Part shown: one piece after another, positions 1 through 12,006 of the stretch | Position numbering within the stretch: the first letter of the stretch is position 1 | Layout of the letters: every line of letters starts with the position of its first letter | Assembly: GCA_947630065.1 (NCBI GenBank) | Contig: CANRGE010000003.1 | Location: forward strand, 17,792 to 81,791 | From: an uncultured Clostridia bacterium | GTDB taxonomy: Bacteria > Bacillota > Clostridia > TANB77 > CAG-508 | Length of the DNA: 64,000 nucleotides | Reading direction: 5' to 3' | Program-made: the position numbers and the translations under genes | The notes under the pieces: generated by a model | Databases searched by the model: none | Seen by the model: only the letters and a program-made list of their open reading frames with translations | Told to the model about the DNA's origin: nothing

Positions 1-332
1 TTTGCACCTGTAAATATGCTTTTTCTATATATTCATTAAGTCCTTGTAACAAATTAGATGTTTCCGATATTAAACTAGTAATTCCCCAAGATAATAAGCC
101 TATAATTATTATAGAAACAATAGCTAAAACAATTATGGCACTTACCTTTCTTGTTACTCTTGTTTTATTTCTTACAAACCTTATTATTGGTTCTACTAAT
201 AAAGAAATTATAAATGCTATTAAAAATGGCATATAGAAAATAGCAAGTTTAAAAGCTAGTACAATACCTATAAATGCAAAAAATAATATAATTATTCTCT
301 TGGACACTTTTGTCCAATATCCCATATCTACA
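1..332 (-). CDS. AI-2E family transporter-like membrane protein, N-terminal part (gene runs off the window start)
   Basis: The minus-strand ORF starts at ATG 332 and continues beyond position 1. It reads MVVDMGYWTKVSKRIIILFFAFIGIVLAFKLAIFYMPFLIAFIISLLVEP..., with multiple TM segments typical of the PerM/AI-2E family. Confidence 0.4.
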
Positions 333-412
333 ACCATACTACCCCTTAATTACATATTATAAAGAGGATATATTGAATATCCTCTTATAAATTATATACA
401 TTTTTATTTTAT

Positions 413-859
413 TTATTCTGCATTTTTAGGTTGATTTGAGCAATTACAAATATTTTCTATTGTATAGCATACACTTTGTTCTCCTATATTTTCATTTGAT
501 ACTATATCACCTAAAGTTAATATTCCAACTACCTTATTTGTATCATCACATATTGGAATTCTTCTTATTTGCATTTTAGACATTTGTTCTAATGCTTCAT
601 CAACATTATCTTCTTGTTTACAACAACATGGATTACAAGTCATAATATCTGATGCTTTAGTTTGCTTTGGATTTTTTCCACATGCTACTGTTCTTAATAT
701 TATGTCTCTATCTGTTATAACACCAACAATATTTTTGTTAGCATCACATATAGGTACACAACCTACATGATTTTCATTCATTTGTTGTGCAACTTCTTCA
801 ATAGTTGAATTTGTGTTACAACAACATACATTTTTAGTCATACAATCTTTAATATACAT
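413..859 (-). CDS. CBS-pair domain protein with Cys-rich (CCC) termini
   Basis: The 148-aa protein has two CBS-like motifs (GCVPICD.NKNIVGVITDRDI and RRIPICDDTNKVVGILTLGDI). It also has three unusual CCC/CNC clusters. Confidence 0.65.
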   Translation of the reverse strand: MYIKDCMTKNVCCCNTNSTIEEVAQQMNENHVGCVPICDANKNIVGVITDRDIILRTVACGKNPKQTKASDIMTCNPCCCKQEDNVDEALEQMSKMQIRRIPICDDTNKVVGILTLGDIVSNENIGEQSVCYTIENICNCSNQPKNAE

Positions 860-926
860 TTTACATACTTCCTTTCAAAACAACATATTTAGATTATGCT
901 CATTTGAAAGAATTTTATACTTAATT

Positions 927-1364
927 TTAAAAAATTGGGCGTGGTCTAGGCATAGGTGGTCTTTGAGGATAATATGGTCTAGGTTTATTTAATAATTCTT
1001 TTAGTAATAATATTTTTATTAAATCATTTAAAAATCTATTTTGAGAAATTTGTCTATCATCTTTTCTATTTTCCGCCCTATTATTTGTCTCTATTTTCAA
1101 ATCTACACTGACTGAATTTAATACATTATTAGTCATTTTTTCTAATGTTTCGTTATCAATTTGATTACAATTTACATTCATACACTCTTTGCGAATTAAT
1201 GGTTCTAAAACCCTATATATTTCAGGATACATGCTTTCTAAATTATTATTTACCGGATAGACATTATTATTAAAATAATTCTCGTTTTGATATGTATCTT
1301 GAATACAATTAGGTGTATAACCTAAAACTGTTCTCATATATTCTTCATAAGATGTATTATACAT
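927..1364 (-). CDS. hypothetical protein with a Pro/Arg-rich C-terminus, possibly spore-coat associated
   Basis: This is a 145-aa ORF. No family was recognised. The C-terminus reads PRPYYPQRPPMPRPRPIF. Confidence 0.35.
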   Translation of the reverse strand: MYNTSYEEYMRTVLGYTPNCIQDTYQNENYFNNNVYPVNNNLESMYPEIYRVLEPLIRKECMNVNCNQIDNETLEKMTNNVLNSVSVDLKIETNNRAENRKDDRQISQNRFLNDLIKILLLKELLNKPRPYYPQRPPMPRPRPIF

Positions 1365-1428
1365 ATATTACCTCCTTTATTTTGTTATAGTAATATATGT
1401 ATAATACTTAAAATATGTTACAATTATT

Positions 1429-2837
<1,409 letters not shown>

Positions 2838-2875
2838 TTGTTTTGTTCTCCTTTTTTCTCTAAATTTATATTAAA

Positions 2876-2905
2876 ATTATATAGTTTTATTTACTTTTTT
2901 GTCAA
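2876..2905 (-). promoter_or_regulatory. candidate sigma-A promoter for the (TH)n gene
   Basis: On the minus strand there is a TTGACA (rc of 2900-2905), an 18-bp spacer and a TATAAT (rc of 2876-2881), about 40 nt upstream of ATG 2837. Confidence 0.4.
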
Positions 2906-2966
2906 TATTGTTTATAAAAAATATAATAAAATGTGGTTTATAATTCTTAACCACATTTTTACAATT

Positions 2967-4367
2967 TTAAATTTTGTTTACTAATTCTTTAAATTTATTT
3001 CCTCTTTCTTCAAAGTTTTTAAATAAATCAAAACTTGCACTTGCAGGAGAAAATAAAACTATTTGTCCTGGTTTTGCAATTTGTTTGGCAATTTTTACTG
3101 TTTGTTCAAATTCGTCACATTGATAAATAGGTAAATCTTTATCTTCTTTTTCTAATTCTTTAGATACAACATAATATATCTTATCTGATGTTTGCCCAAT
3201 TAATATTAGTCCTTTTACTTTTTCTACTATTGGTTTTGCTATTGGCTCATAATCTAAATGTTTATCATATCCTCCTGCTATTAGTATTATGTCTTCATCA
3301 AATGAATTTAATCCAGCTATTGTACGTGTTGGGCTTGTTCCTATTGAATCATTATACCATTTTACTCCATCTATTTCGCGTATAAATTCTAGTCTATGTT
3401 CTACTCCTTTAAACTGTGTTACCGCTTCTATAATAGTATCTATATCTACAAGTTGTTTTGTTGCAGCTATTGCAGCACATACATTTTCGTAATTATGCAT
3501 TCCTCTTAATATTAACTGATTTGTTGCCAAAATATGTCTTCTCAATTTATCATTACATTCTTTTATAATTCCTTCGTCTACTATTACTCCATCTTCTAAC
3601 TTTTCTTTACTACTAAAATATATTACTTTTCCATTTGCTTCTGCTTTACAATTTTTTGTTATTTCATTATCGTAGTTTAATACTAATATACCATTTTCAG
3701 ATTGTTCTTTGAATATATTTTTCTTAGCTTCTATATATTCTTCATATGAGCTATGTATATTTAAGTGATTTGGAGTTATATTAGTTATAACAGATATATC
3801 TGGACTTATTTCCATATCTATTAATTGAAAACTACTTAATTCTAATACTATTATATCTTCTGGTAGCATTTTATCTAAGCTTGTAAATAGCGGTGTTCCT
3901 ATATTTCCACCTAAATAGCAGTTAAATCCTGCATGTTTTAAAATTGCATAAATTAAGCTTGTAGTTGTTGTTTTTCCATCACTTCCAGTTACTCCTATTA
4001 CTTTACATGGAGCCATTTTCATTAACATTTCTACTTCTGTTGTTACTATAGCACCTCTTTTTATTTCGTCTAAAATTTCTGGTGTTGTTGGCATACAACT
4101 TGGAGACCTAAATATAATGTCAAATCCTTTTAGTTTAGATAAATAATTATCTCCAAAAGAAAATTCAAAAGTATACCATGTTATTTTATCAACTATTTCT
4201 TTTGGTATTTGTTCTATAGGTCTTGAATCAAATACTGTTACTTTTGATTGCATTCTATGTAAGTATTCTATTAATGGAATATTACTTACACCTAAACCTA
4301 TTACAGCAACCTTTCTATTTTTTATGTAATTATTAAATTCAACTAATTTTTCATTCACAAAGCTCAA
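2967..4367 (-). CDS. murD: UDP-N-acetylmuramoylalanine--D-glutamate ligase
   Basis: The 466-aa protein has an N-terminal Rossmann motif (VIGLGVSNIP), the Mur ligase P-loop GVTGSDGKTTTT, and central and C-terminal Mur ligase domains. Confidence 0.9.
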   Translation of the reverse strand: MSFVNEKLVEFNNYIKNRKVAVIGLGVSNIPLIEYLHRMQSKVTVFDSRPIEQIPKEIVDKITWYTFEFSFGDNYLSKLKGFDIIFRSPSCMPTTPEILDEIKRGAIVTTEVEMLMKMAPCKVIGVTGSDGKTTTTSLIYAILKHAGFNCYLGGNIGTPLFTSLDKMLPEDIIVLELSSFQLIDMEISPDISVITNITPNHLNIHSSYEEYIEAKKNIFKEQSENGILVLNYDNEITKNCKAEANGKVIYFSSKEKLEDGVIVDEGIIKECNDKLRRHILATNQLILRGMHNYENVCAAIAATKQLVDIDTIIEAVTQFKGVEHRLEFIREIDGVKWYNDSIGTSPTRTIAGLNSFDEDIILIAGGYDKHLDYEPIAKPIVEKVKGLILIGQTSDKIYYVVSKELEKEDKDLPIYQCDEFEQTVKIAKQIAKPGQIVLFSPASASFDLFKNFEERGNKFKELVNKI

Positions 4368-4645
4368 AATAAATGCTCCTTCCTTTTATTAACTTACATT
4401 TATATTAATATTATGCTATATTAATTGCTTTTGTGTTTTTATTAATTTACCATTATTGTAAAATGTTATTTTCCATATTTTGTATTAATTTCCAATATTT
4501 GATTTTTTATATCTTGTTTTTAGTGTATTATACCATATATTTGAATTCATGTTAATTTATTATTTTTATTTTGTTGCTTTTTTTGAATATTTTTTTCATT
4601 TTAGTGAAAAATATAATTAGTCAAAGAAATGGAGGTGCTTGACTC

Positions 4646-4771
4646 ATGGCAAAAAATAATAATAAAAATAATAACTCAAACCAAAATAACAATAATAACA
4701 ACAATCAAAATAGAAATGAAAATAATAATAACAAAAATCAAAACAATAACAACAATAATTGTAGATAGTTA
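4646..4771 (+). CDS. small Asn-rich peptide ORF (41 aa) with a strong SD
   Basis: GGAGGTG at 4631-4637, then ATG 4646. The peptide reads MAKNNNKNNNSNQNNNNNNNQNRNENNNNKNQNNNNNNCR and runs straight into repeat copy A. Low-complexity sequence may mean it is spurious. Confidence 0.25.
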
Positions 4772-4777
4772 TTGTAA

Positions 4778-4948
4778 GAACAAATCTCGCTTCGCGAGAC
4801 CTTTTCTCTACATCTTAAAGTTTGCTATCTAAATTCAAGGTCTCAAAGAAGCGCAAAGATTTGTTGACGCGAAAATTTACGAAGTAAATTTTCTGTGCAA
4901 TGTTATTTTTTATATAATAGGAAAGTAGAACTTTCCTATTATATAAAA
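4778..4948 (+). repeat. dispersed ~170-bp intergenic repeat, copy A
   Basis: Begins GAACAAATCTCGCTTCGCGAGACC and ends ATAATAGGAAAGTAGAACTTTCCTATTATATAAAA. It is near-identical to 9 other copies in the window. Confidence 0.9.
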
Positions 4949-5124
4949 TTGATTTTTCGAAACCTTTTTATGCATTTAATACTTATTAATCTTATTAAGG
5001 TTTCAGAAACTAAAATACTATATGTATAAAATTTACCACCACATTATATTTCATGTGGTGGCTTTCTTTTAATATTTATTCTAAAAATTTTTTTAAGAAT
5101 TTTCCTGTATAACTTTGTTCATTT

Positions 5125-7899
5125 CTACATATTTGTTCTGGGCTTCCAACAGCAATTACTTGTCCGACCTTTGTCTCCTCCTTCTGGTCCTAAATCTATT
5201 ATATAATCTGCTGTTTTTATTAAATCTAAATTGTGTTCTATTACTATAATAGAGTTCCCTGTATCTACAAGCCTTTGTAATATGTCTACAAGTCTATGAA
5301 CATCTGCTGTGTGTAATCCAGTTGTAGGTTCATCTAATATATATAATGTTTTACCTGTTGCTTTTTTAGATAATTCTGTTGCAAGTTTTACACGTTGTGC
5401 TTCTCCTCCAGATAATGTTGTTGATGGTTGTCCTAATTTTATATATCCAAGTCCTACATCATATAAAGTTTGTATTTTAGCTTTTATTCGTGGTATATTT
5501 TCAAAAAATACTAATGCTTCTTCTACTGTCATATCTAATACATCTGAAATTGTTTTTCCTTTATATTTTACTTCTAAAGTTTCTCTATTATATCTTTTTC
5601 CTTTACATACTTCACAAGGTACATATATATCTGGTAAAAAGTGCATTTCTATTCTTAGTATTCCATCACCAGAACATGCTTCACATCTTCCTCCTGGAAC
5701 ATTAAAACTAAATCTTCCTTTTTCATATCCTCTAAGTTTTGCTTCATTTGTTGTTGCAAATATTTCTCTAATTATATCAAATACTCCCGTGTATGTTGCT
5801 GGATTTGAACGAGGTGTTCTTCCTATTGGAGATTGATCTATATTTATTATTTTGTCAATATTTTCTAATCCTTTAACTTCTTCGCATTTTCCCGGTTTTT
5901 CATTTGAGCCATTTAAATCTCTTGCAATTGTTTTATATAATATTTCGTTTACAAGTGTACTTTTACCTGAACCTGATACTCCTGTAACACATGTAAATAC
6001 TCCTAATGGAAATTTAACATTTATATTTTTTAAATTATTTTCACTTGCTTTTATTACTTCTATACTTTTTCCATTAGATTTTCTTCTTTTTTTAGGTACT
6101 GGTATTTTTTTCTTTCCACTTAAATATTGTCCTGTTATAGATTCTGGAACATGTTTTATTTCTTCTGCTGTTCCTTGTGCCATAACATTTCCACCATGCA
6201 CTCCAGCACCTGGTCCAATATCTATAATTTCATCTGCTGCGTACATAGTATCTTCATCATGTTCAACAACTAATACAGTATTTCCTAAGTCTCTTAATTT
6301 TTTTAGTGTTGTTATTAATCTATCATTATCTCTTTGATGCAATCCTATACTTGGTTCATCTAGTATATACAAAACTCCTGTTAATCCAGAACCTATTTGT
6401 GTAGCAAGTCTTATACGTTGTGCTTCTCCTCCTGATAATGTTCCACTTGCTCTTGATAATGTTAAATATTCCAAACCTACATCAATTAAAAATTGTAATC
6501 TTTTATTAAGTTCTTTTATAATTTGATCTGCTATAAGGCTTTCTTTTTTTGTTAATTGTAATGAATTTATATAATCTTTTATTTTTACAATAGACATTTC
6601 TGTTAGTTCATTTATATTTTTTGTTCCTACTCTTACTGCAAGACTTTCTTCTTTTAATCTTGCTCCATGACATGTATTACAAGGGCTTTCGCTCATATAC
6701 ATTTCATAAAAGTCTCTCATTCCTTGAGATTTGGTTTCATTATGACGTCTTTCTAGTGTAGGTATTACACCTTCAAATGGACTTCTAAATTTTCTTATAC
6801 CTGCTGCTGTTTGATATTCAAAATCTATTTCCTCTGTTCCTGTTCCATATAAAATTTTATCTAGAAAATCACGTGGTAATTTTTTTATTGGTTTTTTTAT
6901 GTCTACTCCATAGTGTTTACCAATGCTTTCGAAGTACATTTTAGCCATAGTATCACCTTTTTTCATGGTACTAGCTCCAAAGGCTTTTACTCCATCATAT
7001 AATGTCTTATTTTTGTCTGGTATTATTAAATCTTCATCCATTTTCATTAAATACCCAATTCCTGTACATGTTGGACAAGCTCCAAAAGGATTATTAAAAG
7101 AAAACATTCTTGGAGTTAATTCTTCAAAACTTATTCCACAATCTGGGCATGCAAAATTTGTACTAAATAGTTTTTCTTCTTTTCCTACTACATCAATTAA
7201 TACTAAATTGTCAGCATTTTTTAATGCAGTTTCTATTGATTCTGCAAGTCTATTGGTAATTTCTTCTTTTATTACTAATCTATCTACTATTATTTCAACA
7301 TTGTGTTTCTTTTTTCTATCTATTGTTAAATCATCTGTTAATTCTACTGTTTCACCGTCTATTCTTGCTCTTACAAAACCTTCTTTAGCATATTTTTCAA
7401 AAAGTTTTGTAAATTCTCCTTTTCTTCCTCTTATAATAGGTGCTAAAACTTGTATTCTTGTTCCTTCTTCTAATTCCATTATATTGTCTACTATTTGGTC
7501 TACAGTTTGCTTTTCTATTTTTTTGCCACATTTTGGACAATATGGAATACCAATTCTTGCATACATTAAACGTATATAATCATATATTTCTGTTACTGTT
7601 CCTACTGTAGAACGCGGATTTTTAGATGTCGTTTTTTGGTCTATAGATATTGCAGGAGATAATCCTTCTATTGATTCTACTTCTGGTTTTTCCATTAGTC
7701 CTAAAAATTGTCTTGCATAGCTAGATAAACTTTCTACATATCTTCGTTGTCCTTCTGCATATAATGTATCAAATGCAAGAGACGATTTTCCAGAACCTGA
7801 TAAACCTGTTATTACTACTAATTTATCTCTTGGTATTTCTATATTTATATTTTTTAAGTTATGTTCTTTTGCACCTTTTATTATTATTTTATCATTCAT
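5125..7899 (-). CDS. uvrA: excinuclease ABC subunit A; C-terminal ~30 aa displaced by an apparent +1 frameshift near 5165
   Basis: The 924-aa product has an N-terminal ABC P-loop ([12 protein letters not shown]), zinc-finger cysteines, a second ABC module and LSGGEAQR signatures. The listed ORF ends [21 protein letters not shown]. The adjacent frame gives the canonical [30 protein letters not shown], stopping at about 5077. Confidence 0.9.
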   Translation of the reverse strand: MNDKIIIKGAKEHNLKNINIEIPRDKLVVITGLSGSGKSSLAFDTLYAEGQRRYVESLSSYARQFLGLMEKPEVESIEGLSPAISIDQKTTSKNPRSTVGTVTEIYDYIRLMYARIGIPYCPKCGKKIEKQTVDQIVDNIMELEEGTRIQVLAPIIRGRKGEFTKLFEKYAKEGFVRARIDGETVELTDDLTIDRKKKHNVEIIVDRLVIKEEITNRLAESIETALKNADNLVLIDVVGKEEKLFSTNFACPDCGISFEELTPRMFSFNNPFGACPTCTGIGYLMKMDEDLIIPDKNKTLYDGVKAFGASTMKKGDTMAKMYFESIGKHYGVDIKKPIKKLPRDFLDKILYGTGTEEIDFEYQTAAGIRKFRSPFEGVIPTLERRHNETKSQGMRDFYEMYMSESPCNTCHGARLKEESLAVRVGTKNINELTEMSIVKIKDYINSLQLTKKESLIADQIIKELNKRLQFLIDVGLEYLTLSRASGTLSGGEAQRIRLATQIGSGLTGVLYILDEPSIGLHQRDNDRLITTLKKLRDLGNTVLVVEHDEDTMYAADEIIDIGPGAGVHGGNVMAQGTAEEIKHVPESITGQYLSGKKKIPVPKKRRKSNGKSIEVIKASENNLKNINVKFPLGVFTCVTGVSGSGKSTLVNEILYKTIARDLNGSNEKPGKCEEVKGLENIDKIINIDQSPIGRTPRSNPATYTGVFDIIREIFATTNEAKLRGYEKGRFSFNVPGGRCEACSGDGILRIEMHFLPDIYVPCEVCKGKRYNRETLEVKYKGKTISDVLDMTVEEALVFFENIPRIKAKIQTLYDVGLGYIKLGQPSTTLSGGEAQRVKLATELSKKATGKTLYILDEPTTGLHTADVHRLVDILQRLVDTGNSIIVIEHNLDLIKTADYIIDLGPEGGDKGRTSNCCWKPRTNM

Positions 7900-8108
7900 G
7901 TTTAACTACATTCCTTTCATCCCAAAAAATAATTTTCCTATATATTTTTTAACAAAAACAACATAATTATATATGTCACATTTTTGTTTGTATCCCCTCA
8001 AAAAATTTGTTATATAATTTCCTTATTATACAACGAATTTATTATACTATATATTGTGCATTTAAACAAGTGTTTGTTGATATAAAATTTTAAAACTTTT
8101 ATATTATT

Positions 8109-8280
8109 GAACAAATCTCGCTTCGCGAGACCTTTTGTCTACATCTTAAAGTTTGCTATCTAAATTCAAGGTCTCAAAGAAACGTAAAGATTTGTTGACG
8201 CGAAAATTTACAAAGTAAATTTTCTGTGCAATGTTATTTTTTATATAATAGGCATGTAGAACTTTCCTATTATATAAAAA
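8109..8280 (+). repeat. dispersed ~170-bp intergenic repeat, copy B
   Basis: Same consensus. The terminal hairpin variant is GGCATGTAGAACTTTCC. Confidence 0.9.
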
Positions 8281-8284
8281 GAAT

Positions 8285-8326
8285 GGCTGGTAGTTTAACT
8301 ACCAGCCTAGCCTATTATAATAGGCT
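8285..8326 (-). terminator. tandem GC-rich hairpins downstream of the 64-aa gene
   Basis: GGCTGGTAGTTTAACTACCAGCC plus AGCCTATTATAATAGGCT. On the minus strand these are followed by a T-run. Confidence 0.45.
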
Positions 8327-8333
8327 CTCTGCC

Positions 8334-8528
8334 TTAATCTCCGTCTTTTTTGCTGTACTCAGGAAAATCGTGAATCTTTCTCACTTCTGTTTTTGTTCCG
8401 TGAGTAATTTTCACTGCGCCGCCTGGTAAAGTTTCCACCTTAATAGATTCACTTACCGGCCGATTCATCTCCTTTGTAACCTGGTCAACTACTTCATTAA
8501 TCCGTTCCTTTGATACCACTGGTGTCAT
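8334..8528 (-). CDS. small hypothetical protein (64 aa), noticeably GC-richer than its flanks
   Basis: Reads MTPVVSKERINEVVDQVTKEMNRPVSESIKVETLPGGAVKITHGTKTEVRKIHDFPEYSKKDGD. Local GC is clearly above the window average. Confidence 0.45.
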   Translation of the reverse strand: MTPVVSKERINEVVDQVTKEMNRPVSESIKVETLPGGAVKITHGTKTEVRKIHDFPEYSKKDGD

Positions 8529-8698
8529 GTTTTTCGTCCTCCTTTTAGACTTTGATTATTGAATTTTACAAACACCTATTTAGTGTTACATAATATTTTA
8601 TCACTTTTTTTGTTTGTTTTCAATACTTTTTCGTTTTTTATTTTATCATTTACCATAGTGTTTATTATCTAAAAATATCTATAAGCATTTTTTTAACA

Positions 8699-9238
8699 TT
8701 ACTGTGCATGTTGTACAATCTCTCCTGGAATTCCTACTACAGTTACGTTGTCCTCTATTGTTTTTGTAACAACTGCATTTGCTCCAATTTTCACATTATT
8801 TCCTATTTTTATAGGTCCTAATATTTTTGCTCCACAACCTATCATAACATTATTTCCAATGTCCGGATGTCTTTTTACTCTTTCTTTGCCTGTTCCACCT
8901 AATGTTACTCCGTGATATATAGTACAATCATCTCCAATTGTTGCTGTTTCTCCTATTACAATGCCCATTCCATGATCTATAAATAACCTTTTACCAATTT
9001 TTGCTCCTGGATGAATTTCTATTCCAGTTAAAAATCTACCAATCTGCGATATTAGTCTTGCTAAAAAATACATTTTTCTTTTATAAAAAAAATGTGAAAT
9101 TCTATAAAGTATTAAAATATGAAAACCTTGATATAATAATATAACAGTTAGAATACTCTTTGCTGCTGGGTCTTTTTCATAAATATTTTTTGCATCCATA
9201 TATAATGGAAATATTAGTTTCTTTAAATACTTCATCAT
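8699..9238 (-). CDS. cysE: serine O-acetyltransferase
   Basis: Hexapeptide-repeat left-handed beta-helix ([44 protein letters not shown]) preceded by a CysE-type N-terminal helical region. Confidence 0.85.
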   Translation of the reverse strand: MMKYLKKLIFPLYMDAKNIYEKDPAAKSILTVILLYQGFHILILYRISHFFYKRKMYFLARLISQIGRFLTGIEIHPGAKIGKRLFIDHGMGIVIGETATIGDDCTIYHGVTLGGTGKERVKRHPDIGNNVMIGCGAKILGPIKIGNNVKIGANAVVTKTIEDNVTVVGIPGEIVQHAQ

Positions 9239-9347
9239 GTTTTTTCACCTCTTTATAATATATTTATTTTTATATAGAGTGTGAACTTTTATTTTTTTAT
9301 AGAATATACTATTTTAGATTTTAATTAATTTATTTGTGGAGGTTTTT

Positions 9348-11195
9348 ATGTGTGGTATTGTTGGTTTTACAAATGTAAAAAGAAAAATTAATTATGAACA
9401 TAATATTATAGAAAATATGACTTCTATTTTATCTAATCGTGGACCTGATGAAAAGGGATTTTTTTACGATGATTATATTCATTTAGGTCATAGAAGACTT
9501 ACTATAATAGATGCTGAAAATGGTAAACAACCTATGACAAATACTTTTAACGAAAATAACTATACAATTTGTTATAATGGACAAATTTACAATTGTGATG
9601 AAATTAGAAAAGATTTAATTGATAAAGGTTTTGATTTTACTGGTTATTGTGATACTGAAGTTATTTTAAAGGGTTTTATTTATTATGGATATAATATAGT
9701 GAATAAGTTAAATGGTATTTTTAGTTTTGCTATATGGAATCAAAATAAAAAAGAATTATTTTTAGCTAGAGACCATTTTGGAATAAAACCTTTGTATTAT
9801 ACTATTATTGACGATACTTTAATATTTGCTTCTGAAATTAAGGCTATACTTAAATATCCAAATGTTGTTCCTAAAATTAATTCAGAAGGTATTTGCGAAT
9901 TGTTTGGTGTTGGCCCTGCACACACTCCTGGTTTTAGTGTTTTTAAAGATATTTACGAAATAAAGCCAGCACATTTTGCTATATTTAATATAAACGGATT
10001 TAAAACTTATAAATATTGGGAATTAAAGTCAAAGCCTCATACAGATAATTTTAACAAGACTTGTGAAACTGTTAATCATTTATTAGATGATGCTATAAGT
10101 AGGCAACTTGTTTCTGATGTTCCTGTATGTGATATGCTGTCTGGTGGCCTTGATTCTAGTATAATTGTTGCTTATACAAGCAATTATCGTAAAGAAGCAG
10201 GACTTTCTCCTATAGATACTTTTTCTGTAGATTATGTGGATAATGATAAAAATTTTGTTAAAAGCGATTTTCAACCAAATTCAGATAACTACTATATAGA
10301 TTTAATGGTAAAAGAATTTAATACAAATCATCATAGTATTGTAATAGACACTCCAGAACTTGCAAAAGCATTAGAGGATGCTATGATAGCAAGAGACTTT
10401 CCTGGTATGGCTGATGTTGATTCATCTATGTTGTTATTTTGCAAGAATATAAAAAAGTACGCTTCAGTTACTGTATCTGGTGAATGTTCTGATGAGATTT
10501 TTGGTGGCTATCCTTGGTTTTTTAGAGAAGATGCTCTAAAAAGTAATACTTTTCCTTGGTCTATAGGATTAAAAGACAGACAAGATTTACTAAATAAAGA
10601 TATTTCTAAAAAAATAGATTTATTAGACTACGTTGATTATAGATATAAAGACAGCATATCTGAAGTAGAAATATTAGATTGCGATTCAAAAGAAACTGCA
10701 GAAAAAAGAATTATATCATATTTAACTTTAAACTGGTTTATGCAAACACTATTAGACCGTTCTGACAGAATGAGTATGTATAATGGCTTGGAATTACGTG
10801 TTCCTTTTTGTGATTATAGATTAGTCGAATACATGTGGAATGTTCCTTGGGAAATAAAAGCTTTAAATGGCAGAGAAAAAGGATTATTGCGTTATGTTGT
10901 AAAAGATTTATTACCTAAAGAAATAGTAGATAGAAAAAAGAGTCCATATCCAAAAACTCATAATCCTACTTATTTAAAAGCTGTAAAAGATATGTTATCA
11001 AAAATAATGGAAAATAAAGATGCTCCTATAAATAATTTACTAAATAGAGAATATATTTTGGATATACTAAAGACAAATGGCGAAGCATTTAAACGTCCTT
11101 GGTTTGGTCAGTTAATGACAGGTCCTCAGCTTATGGCATACCTTTGTCAAGTAAATATGTGGCTTGAGAAGTATCAGCCAAAGATTGAGATATAA
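9348..11195 (+). CDS. asnB: asparagine synthase (glutamine-hydrolysing)
   Basis: The MCGIVGF N-terminal nucleophile Cys2, the SGGLDSS PP-loop motif and a length of about 615 aa. Confidence 0.9.
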   Translation: MCGIVGFTNVKRKINYEHNIIENMTSILSNRGPDEKGFFYDDYIHLGHRRLTIIDAENGKQPMTNTFNENNYTICYNGQIYNCDEIRKDLIDKGFDFTGYCDTEVILKGFIYYGYNIVNKLNGIFSFAIWNQNKKELFLARDHFGIKPLYYTIIDDTLIFASEIKAILKYPNVVPKINSEGICELFGVGPAHTPGFSVFKDIYEIKPAHFAIFNINGFKTYKYWELKSKPHTDNFNKTCETVNHLLDDAISRQLVSDVPVCDMLSGGLDSSIIVAYTSNYRKEAGLSPIDTFSVDYVDNDKNFVKSDFQPNSDNYYIDLMVKEFNTNHHSIVIDTPELAKALEDAMIARDFPGMADVDSSMLLFCKNIKKYASVTVSGECSDEIFGGYPWFFREDALKSNTFPWSIGLKDRQDLLNKDISKKIDLLDYVDYRYKDSISEVEILDCDSKETAEKRIISYLTLNWFMQTLLDRSDRMSMYNGLELRVPFCDYRLVEYMWNVPWEIKALNGREKGLLRYVVKDLLPKEIVDRKKSPYPKTHNPTYLKAVKDMLSKIMENKDAPINNLLNREYILDILKTNGEAFKRPWFGQLMTGPQLMAYLCQVNMWLEKYQPKIEI

Positions 11196-11269
11196 AATAT
11201 TTTAGGTGGTCAAAATTTTTGACCACCTTCTGCAAAGAAATTATTCATTTTTTTTATAATTCAGGTAAC

Positions 11270-11410
11270 TTAACTAATAAATATAATTGTTAGAGCCACT
11301 ATTTCTAACACCATAGCAAGAAATGGATGTGTGTATCCATCTCCATCTGCATGCATAGCTAGTATACCCGATACTACACTTGCGCCTATAATTCCTAAAG
11401 CATTTAACAT
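11270..11410 (-). CDS. small hydrophobic peptide (46 aa), unlisted short ORF
   Basis: Reads MLNALGIIGASVVSGILAMHADGDGYTHPFLAMVLEIVALTIIFIS. It is a membrane-peptide-like ORF in an otherwise empty 450-bp gap. The function is unknown. Confidence 0.3.
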   Translation of the reverse strand: MLNALGIIGASVVSGILAMHADGDGYTHPFLAMVLEIVALTIIFIS

Positions 11411-11673
11411 TTTAATTCTCCTTTCTTTAAGTCTAATTACTTTTTATTTGATTACGAACTATTGTTAAAAATTCGTTAGGAATTTAAAACATTTTTATTT
11501 TAACATAAATTTATTCTAATTTCAATCAAAGCTACTTATTTTCTTTGTATATTCACTATCATCTGTTTTATAAATATCGAAACATTTTTTCTATTATTTA
11601 CATATTCTTTTTTGTAATTTATAAAATTTAAGGTCGCAAATTGCGACCTTCTTTTGTTTTTAAGAATATTTTT

Positions 11674-11886
11674 TTAATCAACTTTCCAATTACTTAAAAT
11701 TGTATTTTCTTCATCTTCTAACACTTTAATTTCTTGATCTAATTCCCATATTATTCCTTGTTGCTGTAAATCATATTTTTGTTGTTCTTTCATAATTTTA
11801 TTAAGTTGTTCTTGTGCCTGCAATTTTGCTTCTTTCTTAATTTCAATGTTTTTTCTAATGTTCTCAAGTTCAGTTGTCATAATCAT
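11674..11886 (-). CDS. hypothetical coiled-coil protein (70 aa)
   Basis: Charged heptad-like sequence. Downstream is the perfect palindrome AAGGTCGCAAATTGCGACCTT at 11631-11651 followed by a T-run (terminator). Confidence 0.4.
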   Translation of the reverse strand: MIMTTELENIRKNIEIKKEAKLQAQEQLNKIMKEQQKYDLQQQGIIWELDQEIKVLEDEENTILSNWKVD

Positions 11887-12006
11887 TTTGCTCCTTTCAA
11901 ATTTAAAAGAATTTAAAGTGTTTTTTGTAGCCTTAACTTATTCTTAAAAACTCTATAATATATAAATATATATATACTTTTATTTTATCATATTTTTGCT
12001 ATTTCT

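Noticed and set aside
4629-4832. The ORF-track 67-aa reading of this region (MEVLDSWQKIIIKIITQT...)
   Set aside because: This frame runs through the dispersed repeat and has no SD. The alternative frame with SD (4646-4771) is the only one worth keeping, and even that is low confidence.
4870-4930. TTGACG ... TATAAT inside each repeat copy read as a sigma-A promoter
   Set aside because: The spacing between the TTGACG and the TATAAT is about 43 bp, far from the 16-19 bp required. The terminal hairpin is also not followed by a U-tract on either strand, so it is not a canonical intrinsic terminator by itself.
5309-7579. Long plus-strand ORFs (175 to 218 aa) inside uvrA, and similar antisense ORFs inside mutS, asnB, the glycosyltransferase and others
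   Set aside because: Antisense frames of confidently identified genes with no motifs and biased composition.
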